A model generated the notes under the pieces. It searched no databases, was not told where the DNA came from, and worked only from the letters and a program-made list of their open reading frames with translations. From the NCBI GenBank assembly GCA_900551185.1, contig URVF01000001.1, positions 1-33,133 of the forward strand: a DNA stretch of 33,133 bases, in the 5' to 3' direction. Source of the stretch: an uncultured Collinsella sp. (lineage in GTDB: Bacteria > Actinomycetota > Coriobacteriia > Coriobacteriales > Coriobacteriaceae). Shown here piece after piece: positions 8,527-20,965 of this stretch; position 1 is the stretch's first letter, and each line of letters starts with the position of its first letter. The translations under genes and the position numbers were made by a program.

Positions 8527-8769
8527 CTAACCGACGGTCATGATGTGCATGGCCACCTTGGAATCGATACCAAAGCGTGCGCCCAGCACAGTGACGATGA
8601 TATTGGCGCCACTCGAGCTCACCACGTGGATTTCGCTGCCCTCGACAAAGCCGAGGTCCTTGAGGTGGTGCTTCATATCCTCATTGCCCTTTACGCGAGA
8701 CACGCGCACGGTTTCGCCCGCTTTTACCATCGAAAGCGGCATGGCCGGCATCTGCGGTCCGCAAGACAT
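8527..8769 (-). CDS. feoA: FeoA-family protein (second copy)
   Basis: MPLSMVKAGE..HLKDLGFVEG..ARFGIDSKVAMHIMT, an SH3-like FeoA pattern. AGGAG RBS. Confidence 0.9.
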   Translation of the reverse strand: MSCGPQMPAMPLSMVKAGETVRVSRVKGNEDMKHHLKDLGFVEGSEIHVVSSSGANIIVTVLGARFGIDSKVAMHIMTVG

Positions 8770-8811
8770 GAGTTGCTCCTAACGTCAGTTCGTCCTCAAC
8801 ATCGACGCGAT

Positions 8812-8865
8812 AAAAGTTAACCACGTCTATGTTCGCTTTAGTAAACTAGCACGTGGTTAACTTTT
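8812..8865. promoter_or_regulatory. Perfect 15-bp inverted repeat upstream of the feo operon (paired metal boxes)
   Basis: AAAAGTTAACCACGT (8812-8826) and ACGTGGTTAACTTTT (8851-8865). Confidence 0.6.
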
Positions 8866-8913
8866 TGGAAAGGGTCCCCATTCAGATTTCGAAAAAGTTT
8901 CCTATACGAAACA

Positions 8914-8948
8914 AAGGCGCCGCAAAGACTGTCTCTTTGCGGCGCCTT
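8914..8948 (-). terminator. Intrinsic terminator after the HPr gene
   Basis: AAGGCGCCGCAAAGA-ctgtc-TCTTTGCGGCGCCTT. Confidence 0.75.
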
Positions 8949-9001
8949 GCCATACCAATTGATGCAACAGAGGGGACTGCCCCTTTGTCACATTGTTGAG
9001 G

Positions 9002-9250
9002 TTAGAGCGAGAGGTTTCTGATCGACGTAACGCAGGAGGCCTCATCTACGCCCGAAACGCGGAAGATGATGTCCTCGCCGCACTCGCCGTAGAGAGCCAT
9101 GAGTCCCATGACATCGCGGCCATCCGTGTGGCGATCGCCGATGCTGACTGACACGTCGCTACGATGCTTGGCAATGATGTCATAGAGCAGCGCAACCGGG
9201 CGGGCATGTAATCCCAACGGATCTTTAATCGTCTTTGTAAACTCGACCAT
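9002..9250 (-). CDS. HPr-family phosphocarrier protein (His15 intact, Asp at the Ser46 position)
   Basis: MVEFTKTIKDPLGLHARP places His at residue 15. DGRDVMGLMAL aligns to the N-x-K-S46-I-M-G motif. GGGAGG RBS. Confidence 0.88.
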   Translation of the reverse strand: MVEFTKTIKDPLGLHARPVALLYDIIAKHRSDVSVSIGDRHTDGRDVMGLMALYGECGEDIIFRVSGVDEASCVTSIRNLSL

Positions 9251-9344
9251 GTCCCCTCCCACGACATCGCACATTCGGCCGGCAAAACCCAGCCACGTGG
9301 TAGCTATTGTACCGTTAGATGCTTCTCGAGAGCTCCTCTGAACA

Positions 9345-9572
9345 CCTCGTGGTCAAAAAGTGGCAAATATGAGTACTGTCACCAATTTAGTAGCAGCAAA
9401 ATCGAGAGCAAATTGCCTAATTTGAGCGATTCGAAGAGGTTGAAAGCCGTCAAACGCCCTTTAAAGGGAGTTAGATAAATCGATTTTGAGCCCATTTTCG
9501 CTCAGAGCAGGCCGAAAAATATGGCACTTCTTTTGCAACAGTACTCATATTTGGCATTTTTTGACCACGGGG
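9345..9572. mobile_element. MITE-like element, about 228 bp, with 35-bp terminal inverted repeats
   Basis: CCTCGTGGTCAAAAAGTGGCAAATATGAGTACTGT (9345-9379) matches the reverse complement of 9538-9572 with 3 mismatches. The interior is AT-rich and non-coding. No target-site duplication was seen. Confidence 0.6.
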
Positions 9573-9597
9573 GCCAAGACCATGCCCCAAAACACAA

Positions 9598-9625
9598 AAG
9601 GAGGGGCCTCGTAAGGCCCCTCCTT
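9598..9625 (-). terminator. Intrinsic terminator after the ebg/permease operon
   Basis: AAGGAGGGGCCT-cgta-AGGCCCCTCCTT with an A-run on the left. Confidence 0.8.
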
Positions 9626-9672
9626 AGGAAAGGGAATCGATTTATTCCACAGCCGTAGATTAATCCTAGCCG

Positions 9673-11148
<1,476 letters not shown>

Positions 11149-11289
11149 TCATCTGTTAAATGTCATCTAAAACCGTCCGAGCTGCAAGTGCAAACACGGA
11201 TGGCGCACCTGCTAAGGGGAATGGGGAAAAGGGAGTCAACAAAGCCATCCCCCTTAACGGCGCGAAGCAAACGTCCAGGCGGACGAATA

Positions 11290-11745
11290 CTACTTGTTGG
11301 GGAAGGAATAACCTTCGACTGTCACGTGCAGTACCACGACGCGGGGATCCGCGGCATCGGCCACGACACGGTAGGCCTCGTCAATTTCGACGACGGCAAC
11401 GCCGCCGGCGGGAATCGTCACGGTCTCCCCCGTACCCTCAAAGCGCTCGCGATCATCGATATCGCTGTAGGCGCGCGTACAGGTAAGATCGGCCTTGGAA
11501 GCCACCTCAACGGTCAGATTGCCGTCGAGCGGGGCGAGCACGGCATGGTAGCGACGGTGACCGACCAGATCGGCAGTAGCCGCCTCGTGGGCGTTCACCC
11601 ACCAATACACCAGCGAGTCGCCGATAGAGTACGCCACATCGTGCTGCAGTTCAGAAACGCCGTCGAGTGCCTGACCGGTACGCATCCACTTCTTGACGGA
11701 CTTCATCTGGGCGTCGAAATCGGCACGCGAGTTAAAGATATGCAT
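11290..11745 (-). CDS. ebgC: Beta-galactosidase small subunit EbgC (YhcH/YjgK/YiaL family)
   Basis: AYSIGDSLVY, LVGHRRY and YSDIDDRERF motifs. Starts 4 bp after the ebgA stop. Confidence 0.85.
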   Translation of the reverse strand: MHIFNSRADFDAQMKSVKKWMRTGQALDGVSELQHDVAYSIGDSLVYWWVNAHEAATADLVGHRRYHAVLAPLDGNLTVEVASKADLTCTRAYSDIDDRERFEGTGETVTIPAGGVAVVEIDEAYRVVADAADPRVVVLHVTVEGYSFPNK

Positions 11746-11748
11746 GAC

Positions 11749-14769
<3,021 letters not shown>

Positions 14770-14790
14770 TCATCATCGTAGTGATTCTTG

Positions 14791-14891
14791 TGCAACCGGT
14801 TGTCCTTATCTTACGGGCGATGCAAAAAACTGTGCAACCGGTTGTCCGCTGAACGGTCGATTTGGTCGGGTTAACGGTGCAACCGGTTGTA
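14791..14891. promoter_or_regulatory. Three LacI-type palindromic operators TGCAACCGGTTGT(C/A)
   Basis: Copies start at 14791, 14833 and 14878, between ebgA and the divergent LacI gene. The central CG palindrome is typical of LacI operators. Confidence 0.8.
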
Positions 14892-15133
14892 CAACCGCGA
14901 CACTTATGTCACCCTGAGTATCGAAACTCAGCGCAAGACATCGTTCTCAAGCTCGTAGGCAACCGCCACGCCCGCTGATATCTCACCCATACGAGACGTA
15001 TTCGATTGCGGCTTGGTTGCAAAACGACACCGGTCACCGGATATCATGAACACTGTTCAGGCGCACTATAGTAAGCTGTATCCGCACCAGCCCGTATCAG
15101 CGACAACATCGACCGCATTCTCCAGGAGACGCC

Positions 15134-16150
15134 ATGACCCAACCAGTTCGCACCGCACCTACGCTTGCCGAGGTTGCCGCAGCTGCCGGCGTGTCGCGCT
15201 CCACGGCATCGCGCGCTCTCAACGATTCGCCCCGCATTAGCGAGGAAACCAAAAGGCGCGTCCGCGCGGCGGCCAAGGAAGTCAATTTTGTCCCCAACGC
15301 TCGTGGCCGAGCGCTCGCTGTCGGGCGCACGGAAATCATCGCCGTGCTCGTGACCGAGCCTCTGAGTGAACTCTTCAGCGACCCCACCTATAGCGAGTTT
15401 TTGAGCGGCATTACCGAGGAACTGTCGGAGTCGTCCTATCTGCCCGTTATCTTGCAGGCGTCTTCTACGCATGAGCGCAACCGCGCACGCGAGCACTTTG
15501 AGCGCCGCTCGTTCGACGCCGTGATCGACGTCTCTCCCTACAAAGGCAGCGAGCTGCTCGAGGTGCTGCGCGAGCTGGGCGTACCCACCGTGTTGTGCGG
15601 CCAGCTCGAGGGCCACCCCTATCGCGATGTGTTCTCGACGGTCTACTCTGACGACGAAGAGGGCGGACATTTTGCGGCACTCGCCATGAAGGATCGCGGG
15701 CGCAAAGATATCGTCGCCGTGTTGGGACCGCAAGACAACCCCGCTGTTGTCGACCGCCTGCGCGGCTACCGCGCCGTCTTGGGCGAAGACCTCCCAGACG
15801 CAAACGTTATCTATACCGGCTGGAACAGCGGAGACGGCTATCAGGCCATGCACCAGATCCTCGCGCGCGAGATTGCTTTCGATGGCGTGCTCTGCGGATC
15901 GGACCGTATCGCGGCTGGCGTCATCACCGCACTCAACGAGGCAGGCCTATCCGTTCCTGCGGACGTTTCTGTCGTCGGCTTCGACGATCACGAGATTGCG
16001 GCGCGCTGCGTCCCCGCGCTCACGACCGTCCGCCAGCCCCTGCGCGAAGAAGGACACATGGCCGCCAACATTGCGCTCGACATGATCAAGGGTGCCGAGC
16101 CCACCACCTCCGTGATGCATATGCAGCTGATCCAGAGAGACTCGCTATAA
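15134..16150 (+). CDS. LacI-family transcriptional regulator, probable ebg operon repressor
   Basis: TLAEVAAAAGVSRSTASRALN HTH; VPADVSVVGFDD and PALTTVRQP C-terminal motifs. Confidence 0.95.
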   Translation: MTQPVRTAPTLAEVAAAAGVSRSTASRALNDSPRISEETKRRVRAAAKEVNFVPNARGRALAVGRTEIIAVLVTEPLSELFSDPTYSEFLSGITEELSESSYLPVILQASSTHERNRAREHFERRSFDAVIDVSPYKGSELLEVLRELGVPTVLCGQLEGHPYRDVFSTVYSDDEEGGHFAALAMKDRGRKDIVAVLGPQDNPAVVDRLRGYRAVLGEDLPDANVIYTGWNSGDGYQAMHQILAREIAFDGVLCGSDRIAAGVITALNEAGLSVPADVSVVGFDDHEIAARCVPALTTVRQPLREEGHMAANIALDMIKGAEPTTSVMHMQLIQRDSL

Positions 16151-16154
16151 GAAA

Positions 16155-16325
16155 CTGGGGCAGGCTTTCTGCCAGACAGTTGTTGCGGAAAGCCTGCCCC
16201 GTTTTGAGCGCTCATTCTGGGGCACAGTTTCCGTTAGACAGCTCAACCGGAAACTGTGCCCCATTATTTTGCCGAATACTGGGTCGCGCTTTCCCAGAGG
16301 ACCCCCTTTGGGAAAGCGCGACCCC
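16155..16325. repeat. Three tandem palindromic units at an exact 62-bp period
   Basis: Units start CTGGG at 16155, 16217 and 16279. Each has a 13-16 bp stem of the form GGG..TTTC / GAAA..CCC. Confidence 0.75.
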
Positions 16326-16398
16326 TTCTGGACGCAGATTCCGGGTTGTAGTTTCCCGGCGCACGACGGCAAGCCTCCAAACCATGACGTCACGACAT

Positions 16399-16433
16399 AA
16401 AAAACGAGGGAAGGCCCGCGTCCTTCCCTCGTT
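16399..16433 (-). terminator. Intrinsic terminator after aspS
   Basis: AACGAGGGAAGG-7 nt-CCTTCCCTCGTT preceded by an A-run. Confidence 0.85.
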
Positions 16434-16456
16434 ACAGGCAATATGTAGCCGTTCGC

Positions 16457-18244
16457 CTACATCAGGCGCAGACTGACGTCCTTGAGCTGGGCGCCGCTAA
16501 CGGCACTCGGAGCGCCCGACATAAGGTCGGAGCCGCTGGCCGTCTTGGGGAACGCCATGACGTCGCGAATGGAATCAGAGCCGGTAAGCAGCATGCACAC
16601 GCGGTCCAGACCCAGAGCAAAACCGCCCATCGGGGGCGCACCAAACTTGAGCGCCTCCATGAGGAAGCCGAACTGAGACTCGGCGCGCTCCTCGGTAAAG
16701 CCCAGGAGCTTGAGCATGGACATCTGCATCTCGGCGTTGTGGATACGCATGCCGCCGCCGCCGGCCTCAAAGCCGTCCATGACAAAGTCGTAGGTGCAAG
16801 AACCGGCTGCCAGCGGATCCGCCTCGATCTTGGCGATGTCGGTCTCGGTCGGCAGGGTAAAGGGCTGATGCTCGGCAGCGTAAGCCTTGCGGTCCTCATC
16901 CCAGTGGAACAGCGGGAAGTTGACGACCCACAGGAAGTCGTGGCCCTCGCGCTTGATCTCAAGCGCGTTGGCCATGTGGGAACGCATGCCACCCAGGATC
17001 TCGTCAGAGAGCAGGCGCGGGCCGGCGGCGAACATCACAAGGTCGCCGGGCTCGACGTCCATGCGCTCGCGCAGAGCCGCCATCTCCTCGTCCGAGAAGA
17101 ACTTGACGATGGGGCTGTTGATGGAGCCGTCCTCGCGGAAGGCAATCCAGGCCAAGCCCTTGGCGCCAAACGTGGAGGCCACGCCGGCAAGCTTATCGAT
17201 CTTGGCACGTGCCCAGGCACCAGCGCCCTTGGCGTTGATGGCCTTGACGACAGAGCCCTCCTCGTTTGCGGCAGTCGCAAAGACCTTGAACTTGGAGTTG
17301 GCAAAGATGTCGGTCAGGTCGACCAGGTGCATGCCATAGCGGGTATCGGGCTTGTCGGAGCCATAGGTGTCCATGGCATCCCAGTAGTTCATACGACGCA
17401 GCGGCGTGGGCATCTCGACACCCATGCGGCCGAAGGCATCGGCAAGAACCTCTTCGAGCGCGCTCATGACATCGTTCTGGTCCACGAAGGACATCTCGAT
17501 ATCGACCTGGGTGAACTCGGGCTGACGGTCGGCACGCAGGTCCTCGTCGCGGAAGCACTTGGCAACCTGGTAGTAGCGCTCAACGCCACCAACCATGAGC
17601 AGCTGCTTCAGAAGCTGCGGGGACTGCGGCAGGGCGTAGAAGTTACCCGGCTGAATACGGCTGGGAACGATGAAGTCGCGGGCGCCCTCGGGCGTGGACT
17701 TAAACAGGGAGGGCGTCTCGACCTCCATGAACTCACGGTTGTGCAGCGCCTCGCGAATGGCAAAGGTGAAGTCGGAGCGCAGCTTGAGGTTGGCCATCAT
17801 CTCGGGACGGCGGAGGTCCAGATAGCGATAGCGCAGGCGGGTGTCCTCGCTGGTCTCGATGCCGTCCTCGATCTGGAACGGCGGGGTGACGGACGTGTTG
17901 AGAACCTCGGCGTGGTCGGTCAGGACCTCGATCTCGCCGGTCGCGAGCTTGGTGTTGGTGGTCTCCTCGCCACGCGCGCGCACGACGCCGTGGATCTTGA
18001 TGGGCCACTCGGGACGCATGGTCTCGGCGATCTTAAAGGCATCGCCATCGGAGTGCTCGGGGTCGAAGGTGAGCTGCGTGATGCCCTCGCGGTCGCGAAG
18101 GTCGCAGAAGATAAGGCCGCCGTGGTCGCGGCGACGGCTCACCCAACCGGTGAGGGTGACCTCTTCGCCCACGTTCTCGAAGCGAAGCTCGCCGCAGGTA
18201 CGGGTGTGCATGGAATGCTCATCGATGGGACGGGTCTGGCTCAT
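16457..18244 (-). CDS. aspS: Aspartate--tRNA ligase
   Basis: RTRTCGEL, RRDHGGLIFCDLRD, RLRYRYLDLRR, STPEGARDF, FRDEDLRADRQPEFTQ and GLDR. His in RRDHGG is a feature of non-discriminating AspRS. Confidence 0.98.
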   Translation of the reverse strand: MSQTRPIDEHSMHTRTCGELRFENVGEEVTLTGWVSRRRDHGGLIFCDLRDREGITQLTFDPEHSDGDAFKIAETMRPEWPIKIHGVVRARGEETTNTKLATGEIEVLTDHAEVLNTSVTPPFQIEDGIETSEDTRLRYRYLDLRRPEMMANLKLRSDFTFAIREALHNREFMEVETPSLFKSTPEGARDFIVPSRIQPGNFYALPQSPQLLKQLLMVGGVERYYQVAKCFRDEDLRADRQPEFTQVDIEMSFVDQNDVMSALEEVLADAFGRMGVEMPTPLRRMNYWDAMDTYGSDKPDTRYGMHLVDLTDIFANSKFKVFATAANEEGSVVKAINAKGAGAWARAKIDKLAGVASTFGAKGLAWIAFREDGSINSPIVKFFSDEEMAALRERMDVEPGDLVMFAAGPRLLSDEILGGMRSHMANALEIKREGHDFLWVVNFPLFHWDEDRKAYAAEHQPFTLPTETDIAKIEADPLAAGSCTYDFVMDGFEAGGGGMRIHNAEMQMSMLKLLGFTEERAESQFGFLMEALKFGAPPMGGFALGLDRVCMLLTGSDSIRDVMAFPKTASGSDLMSGAPSAVSGAQLKDVSLRLM

Positions 18245-18500
18245 ACCAGTGATCCTCCTTTATGGATCTGTGCCGCCCCGTGTCGTTCCGGGCGGCGTCG
18301 TACAGATTTGCCCAGCCTGCGTAAACCGCGCAGCCGGACATGGCGTTCTATCTTATCGCACCTGTGTCGATGTACCGCGGAAAAGTAGCTCCTGCCCAAA
18401 GACTTGACGGAGACGAAACAATTGATGCGTCGCAGTGTCTGCCGACGCGCGCCCCGTGCGACAATGTGCCCCAATACAACTGCACTCGGAAAGGCCCGTC

Positions 18501-19136
18501 ATGACTGCACGCCTCATCGTTATGGATATCGACTCCACGCTCATCAACCAGGAGGTCATCGACCTGTTGGGCGAGGAGGCAGGCGTGGGCGGGCAAGTTG
18601 CGCAGATCACCGAGCGCGCCATGCGCGGCGAGTTGGACTTTAAGCAAGCGCTCGAGGAGCGCGTGGGGCTGCTCGCCGGCCTGGACAAGAGCGTGTTTGA
18701 GCGCACCTTTGAGCGCGTGACATTTACCCCCGGCGCGTTGGAACTTGTGCGCTCGGCGCACAGCAAGGGCTGGAAGGTCGGCGTGGTGAGTGGCGGCTTC
18801 CACGAGGTCGCTGACAAGATCGTAGCCGCCGCGGGCATCGATTTTTGCCTGGCCAACCGCCTGGAAGTCATGGACGGCAAGCTCACCGGTAAGTTGGCTG
18901 CCGACATTGTGACCAAGGAGTCCAAGCTCATCCAGCTGCTGGACTGGGCAGTTGAGTGCGGCGTCGACATGGCCCACACGGTCGCTATTGGCGACGGGGC
19001 AAATGACATCCCCATGATCCAAGCCGCGGGCACGGGCATCGCGTTTTGTGCCAAGCCCAAGACGCGCGAGGCAGCCCCGTTTGCCATCGACGAGCGCAAC
19101 CTCATGCTCGCCATGGACATCATCCTGCGTGACTAG
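18501..19136 (+). CDS. serB: Phosphoserine phosphatase (HAD superfamily)
   Basis: MDIDSTLINQEVID, ITERAMRGELDF, VVSGGF and GDGAND. ATG at 18501 follows GAAAGG. Confidence 0.93.
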   Translation: MTARLIVMDIDSTLINQEVIDLLGEEAGVGGQVAQITERAMRGELDFKQALEERVGLLAGLDKSVFERTFERVTFTPGALELVRSAHSKGWKVGVVSGGFHEVADKIVAAAGIDFCLANRLEVMDGKLTGKLAADIVTKESKLIQLLDWAVECGVDMAHTVAIGDGANDIPMIQAAGTGIAFCAKPKTREAAPFAIDERNLMLAMDIILRD

Positions 19137-19173
19137 CCGATCCGTCTAACAACAGAATCAATTCCTCTATGTC

Positions 19174-19211
19174 TAGTTTCCGAACGATTTTGTTCTAATG
19201 TTCGGAAACTA
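19174..19211. promoter_or_regulatory. Perfect 12-bp inverted repeat upstream of larB (candidate TetR operator or serB terminator)
   Basis: TAGTTTCCGAAC-14 nt-GTTCGGAAACTA, just upstream of an extended -10-like TGCTAGACT. Confidence 0.55.
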
Positions 19212-19252
19212 CCCTTCTCGTGCTAGACTTTGCACCGTCGAAGGGAACATAT

Positions 19253-20035
19253 ATGGATAAGCGAGATCTTGAGCAATTGCTGAGCGATGTTGCCGACGGA
19301 GCAGTCGCCCCGGCAGTCGCCCTCACGCGCATCCAGACGGCGCCAACCGCCGATCTGGGTTTTGCGCAGCTCGATCTCTCGCGCGGGGTGCGCCAAGGAG
19401 CCGGCGAGGTTGTCTACGGCGCCGGTAAAACCGCCGAGCAGATTGCCGCCATAATCAAAGCATTGCGCGATGCCGGCCAGGAGCGCATCCTGGTCACGCG
19501 CCTGGATGCCGAAAAAGCAGCCCGTACCTCGGAGCTCCTCGACAACGGCATCGACCTGGGATATGTCCCGGACGCACAGCTCGCCCTCGTGGGCGGCAAG
19601 CCCTCCCCTACCGGCAACGGACGCATCGTCGTCGCCTGCGCCGGCACGAGCGACCTGCCCGTCGCCGAGGAAGCCGCGTTGACGGCCGAGTTCTATGGCA
19701 ACGAGGTCGACCGCCTCTACGACGTGGGTGTCGCCGGCCTGCACCGCCTGCTCGCGCATGCCGAGGAACTTGCTCAGGCGCAGGTGATCATTGCCGTCGC
19801 CGGCATGGAGGGCGCGTTGGCGAGCGTTATCGGCGGCCTGGTGAGCTGTCCGGTCATCGCCGTTCCCACCAGCGTGGGCTACGGCGCAAGTTTTGGTGGC
19901 GCAGCCGCGCTGCTCGCCATGCTCAACTCCTGCGCCAGCGGCGTTTCGGTCGTCAATATCGACAACGGCTTTGGTGCCGCCTACCAGGCAAGCCTTATCA
20001 ATCATCTGAGCGCTGGCACGCCCTGCGTCCGTTAA
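19253..20035 (+). CDS. larB: Nickel-pincer cofactor biosynthesis carboxylase/hydrolase LarB
   Basis: EVVYGAGKT, AGTSDLPVAEEA, DVGVAGLHRL, VAGMEGAL, PTSVGYG and LNSCASGVSVVNIDNGFGA. Confidence 0.96.
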   Translation: MDKRDLEQLLSDVADGAVAPAVALTRIQTAPTADLGFAQLDLSRGVRQGAGEVVYGAGKTAEQIAAIIKALRDAGQERILVTRLDAEKAARTSELLDNGIDLGYVPDAQLALVGGKPSPTGNGRIVVACAGTSDLPVAEEAALTAEFYGNEVDRLYDVGVAGLHRLLAHAEELAQAQVIIAVAGMEGALASVIGGLVSCPVIAVPTSVGYGASFGGAAALLAMLNSCASGVSVVNIDNGFGAAYQASLINHLSAGTPCVR

Positions 20036-20045
20036 GGAGCATTCC

Positions 20046-20963
20046 ATGTCTAACCATCAGCACACGCTTATCATCGACGGCACCTCGGGTATCAGCGGCG
20101 ATATGACCGTCGCGGCCCTGCTCGACCTGGGCGCCAGCGAGGAACACCTGCGCGAACAGCTCGCCACGCTGCCGGTCGACGGCTTTACGATCGCTGTCAC
20201 GCGCGTAAACAAGCACGGCATCGACGCCTGCGATTTCGACGTCCAGCTTGCAGAGGGCCTCGAGAACCATGATCACGATATGGCCTGGCTCTACGGCAAC
20301 GAAGCAGCTGTCGAGCATATGCATGAGCATGAGCACCACCATCATGACCATGACGAGCACGAACACGAGCACACGCACGAACATGACCATGAGACCCATG
20401 GCCATGACCACGAGGGCCATCATCACGCCCGCCACCATCACCACCGTTCTTTGGCGGACGTCACCGACATCATCGACGGCTCGCAGCTAAGCGATGGCGC
20501 CAAGCGTCGCGCCCTCGCCATCTTTACCGCGCTCGCCGCCGCCGAGGCCAAGGCACACGGCAAAACGCCCGAGACCGTCATGTTCCACGAGGTGGGCGCC
20601 GTCGACTCCATCGTCGACGTCTGCTCTGTCGCCATCTGCCTCGATGACCTGGGTATTGAGGATATCGTAGTCGAGTCGCTCTCCGAGGGCCACGGAACCA
20701 TCCGCTGCGCCCACGGCCTCATGCCCATTCCCGTCCCCGCTGTCGTCAACCTATGCCAAGCAGGCAATATCGCCCTCACGCCCGCACCGGTCGCCGGCGA
20801 GCTCGTGACGCCCACGGGCGCCGCCATCGTCGCCGCACTGCGCACGTCCGAGCACCTGCCGGCCCGCTACCGCATCGAGGCCGTCGGCTACGGCACCGGT
20901 AAGCGCCCCTACGAGGGTTGCTCCGGTACGCTTCGCTGCCTGCTCGTTCACGCGGACGCATAG
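20046..20963 (+). CDS. larC: Nickel insertase LarC, N-terminal (LarC1) portion only, with a long His-rich tract
   Basis: GISGDM..ALLDLG, AEAKAHG, FHEVGAVDSIVD, CAHGLMPIPVPA, ELVTPTGAAI and GYGTG. The protein stops shortly after the LR motif where the C-terminal domain would begin. Confidence 0.9.
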   Translation: MSNHQHTLIIDGTSGISGDMTVAALLDLGASEEHLREQLATLPVDGFTIAVTRVNKHGIDACDFDVQLAEGLENHDHDMAWLYGNEAAVEHMHEHEHHHHDHDEHEHEHTHEHDHETHGHDHEGHHHARHHHHRSLADVTDIIDGSQLSDGAKRRALAIFTALAAAEAKAHGKTPETVMFHEVGAVDSIVDVCSVAICLDDLGIEDIVVESLSEGHGTIRCAHGLMPIPVPAVVNLCQAGNIALTPAPVAGELVTPTGAAIVAALRTSEHLPARYRIEAVGYGTGKRPYEGCSGTLRCLLVHADA

Positions 20964-20965
20964 CC

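Noticed and set aside
16155..16325. CRISPR array
   Set aside because: The repeats are not identical, the linkers are only about 16-18 nt, there are three units and no cas genes. Kept as a hairpin array finding instead.
18245..18500. T-box riboswitch upstream of aspS
   Set aside because: No T-box consensus (GGTGGNACC) or terminator is visible in the leader, only short hairpins.
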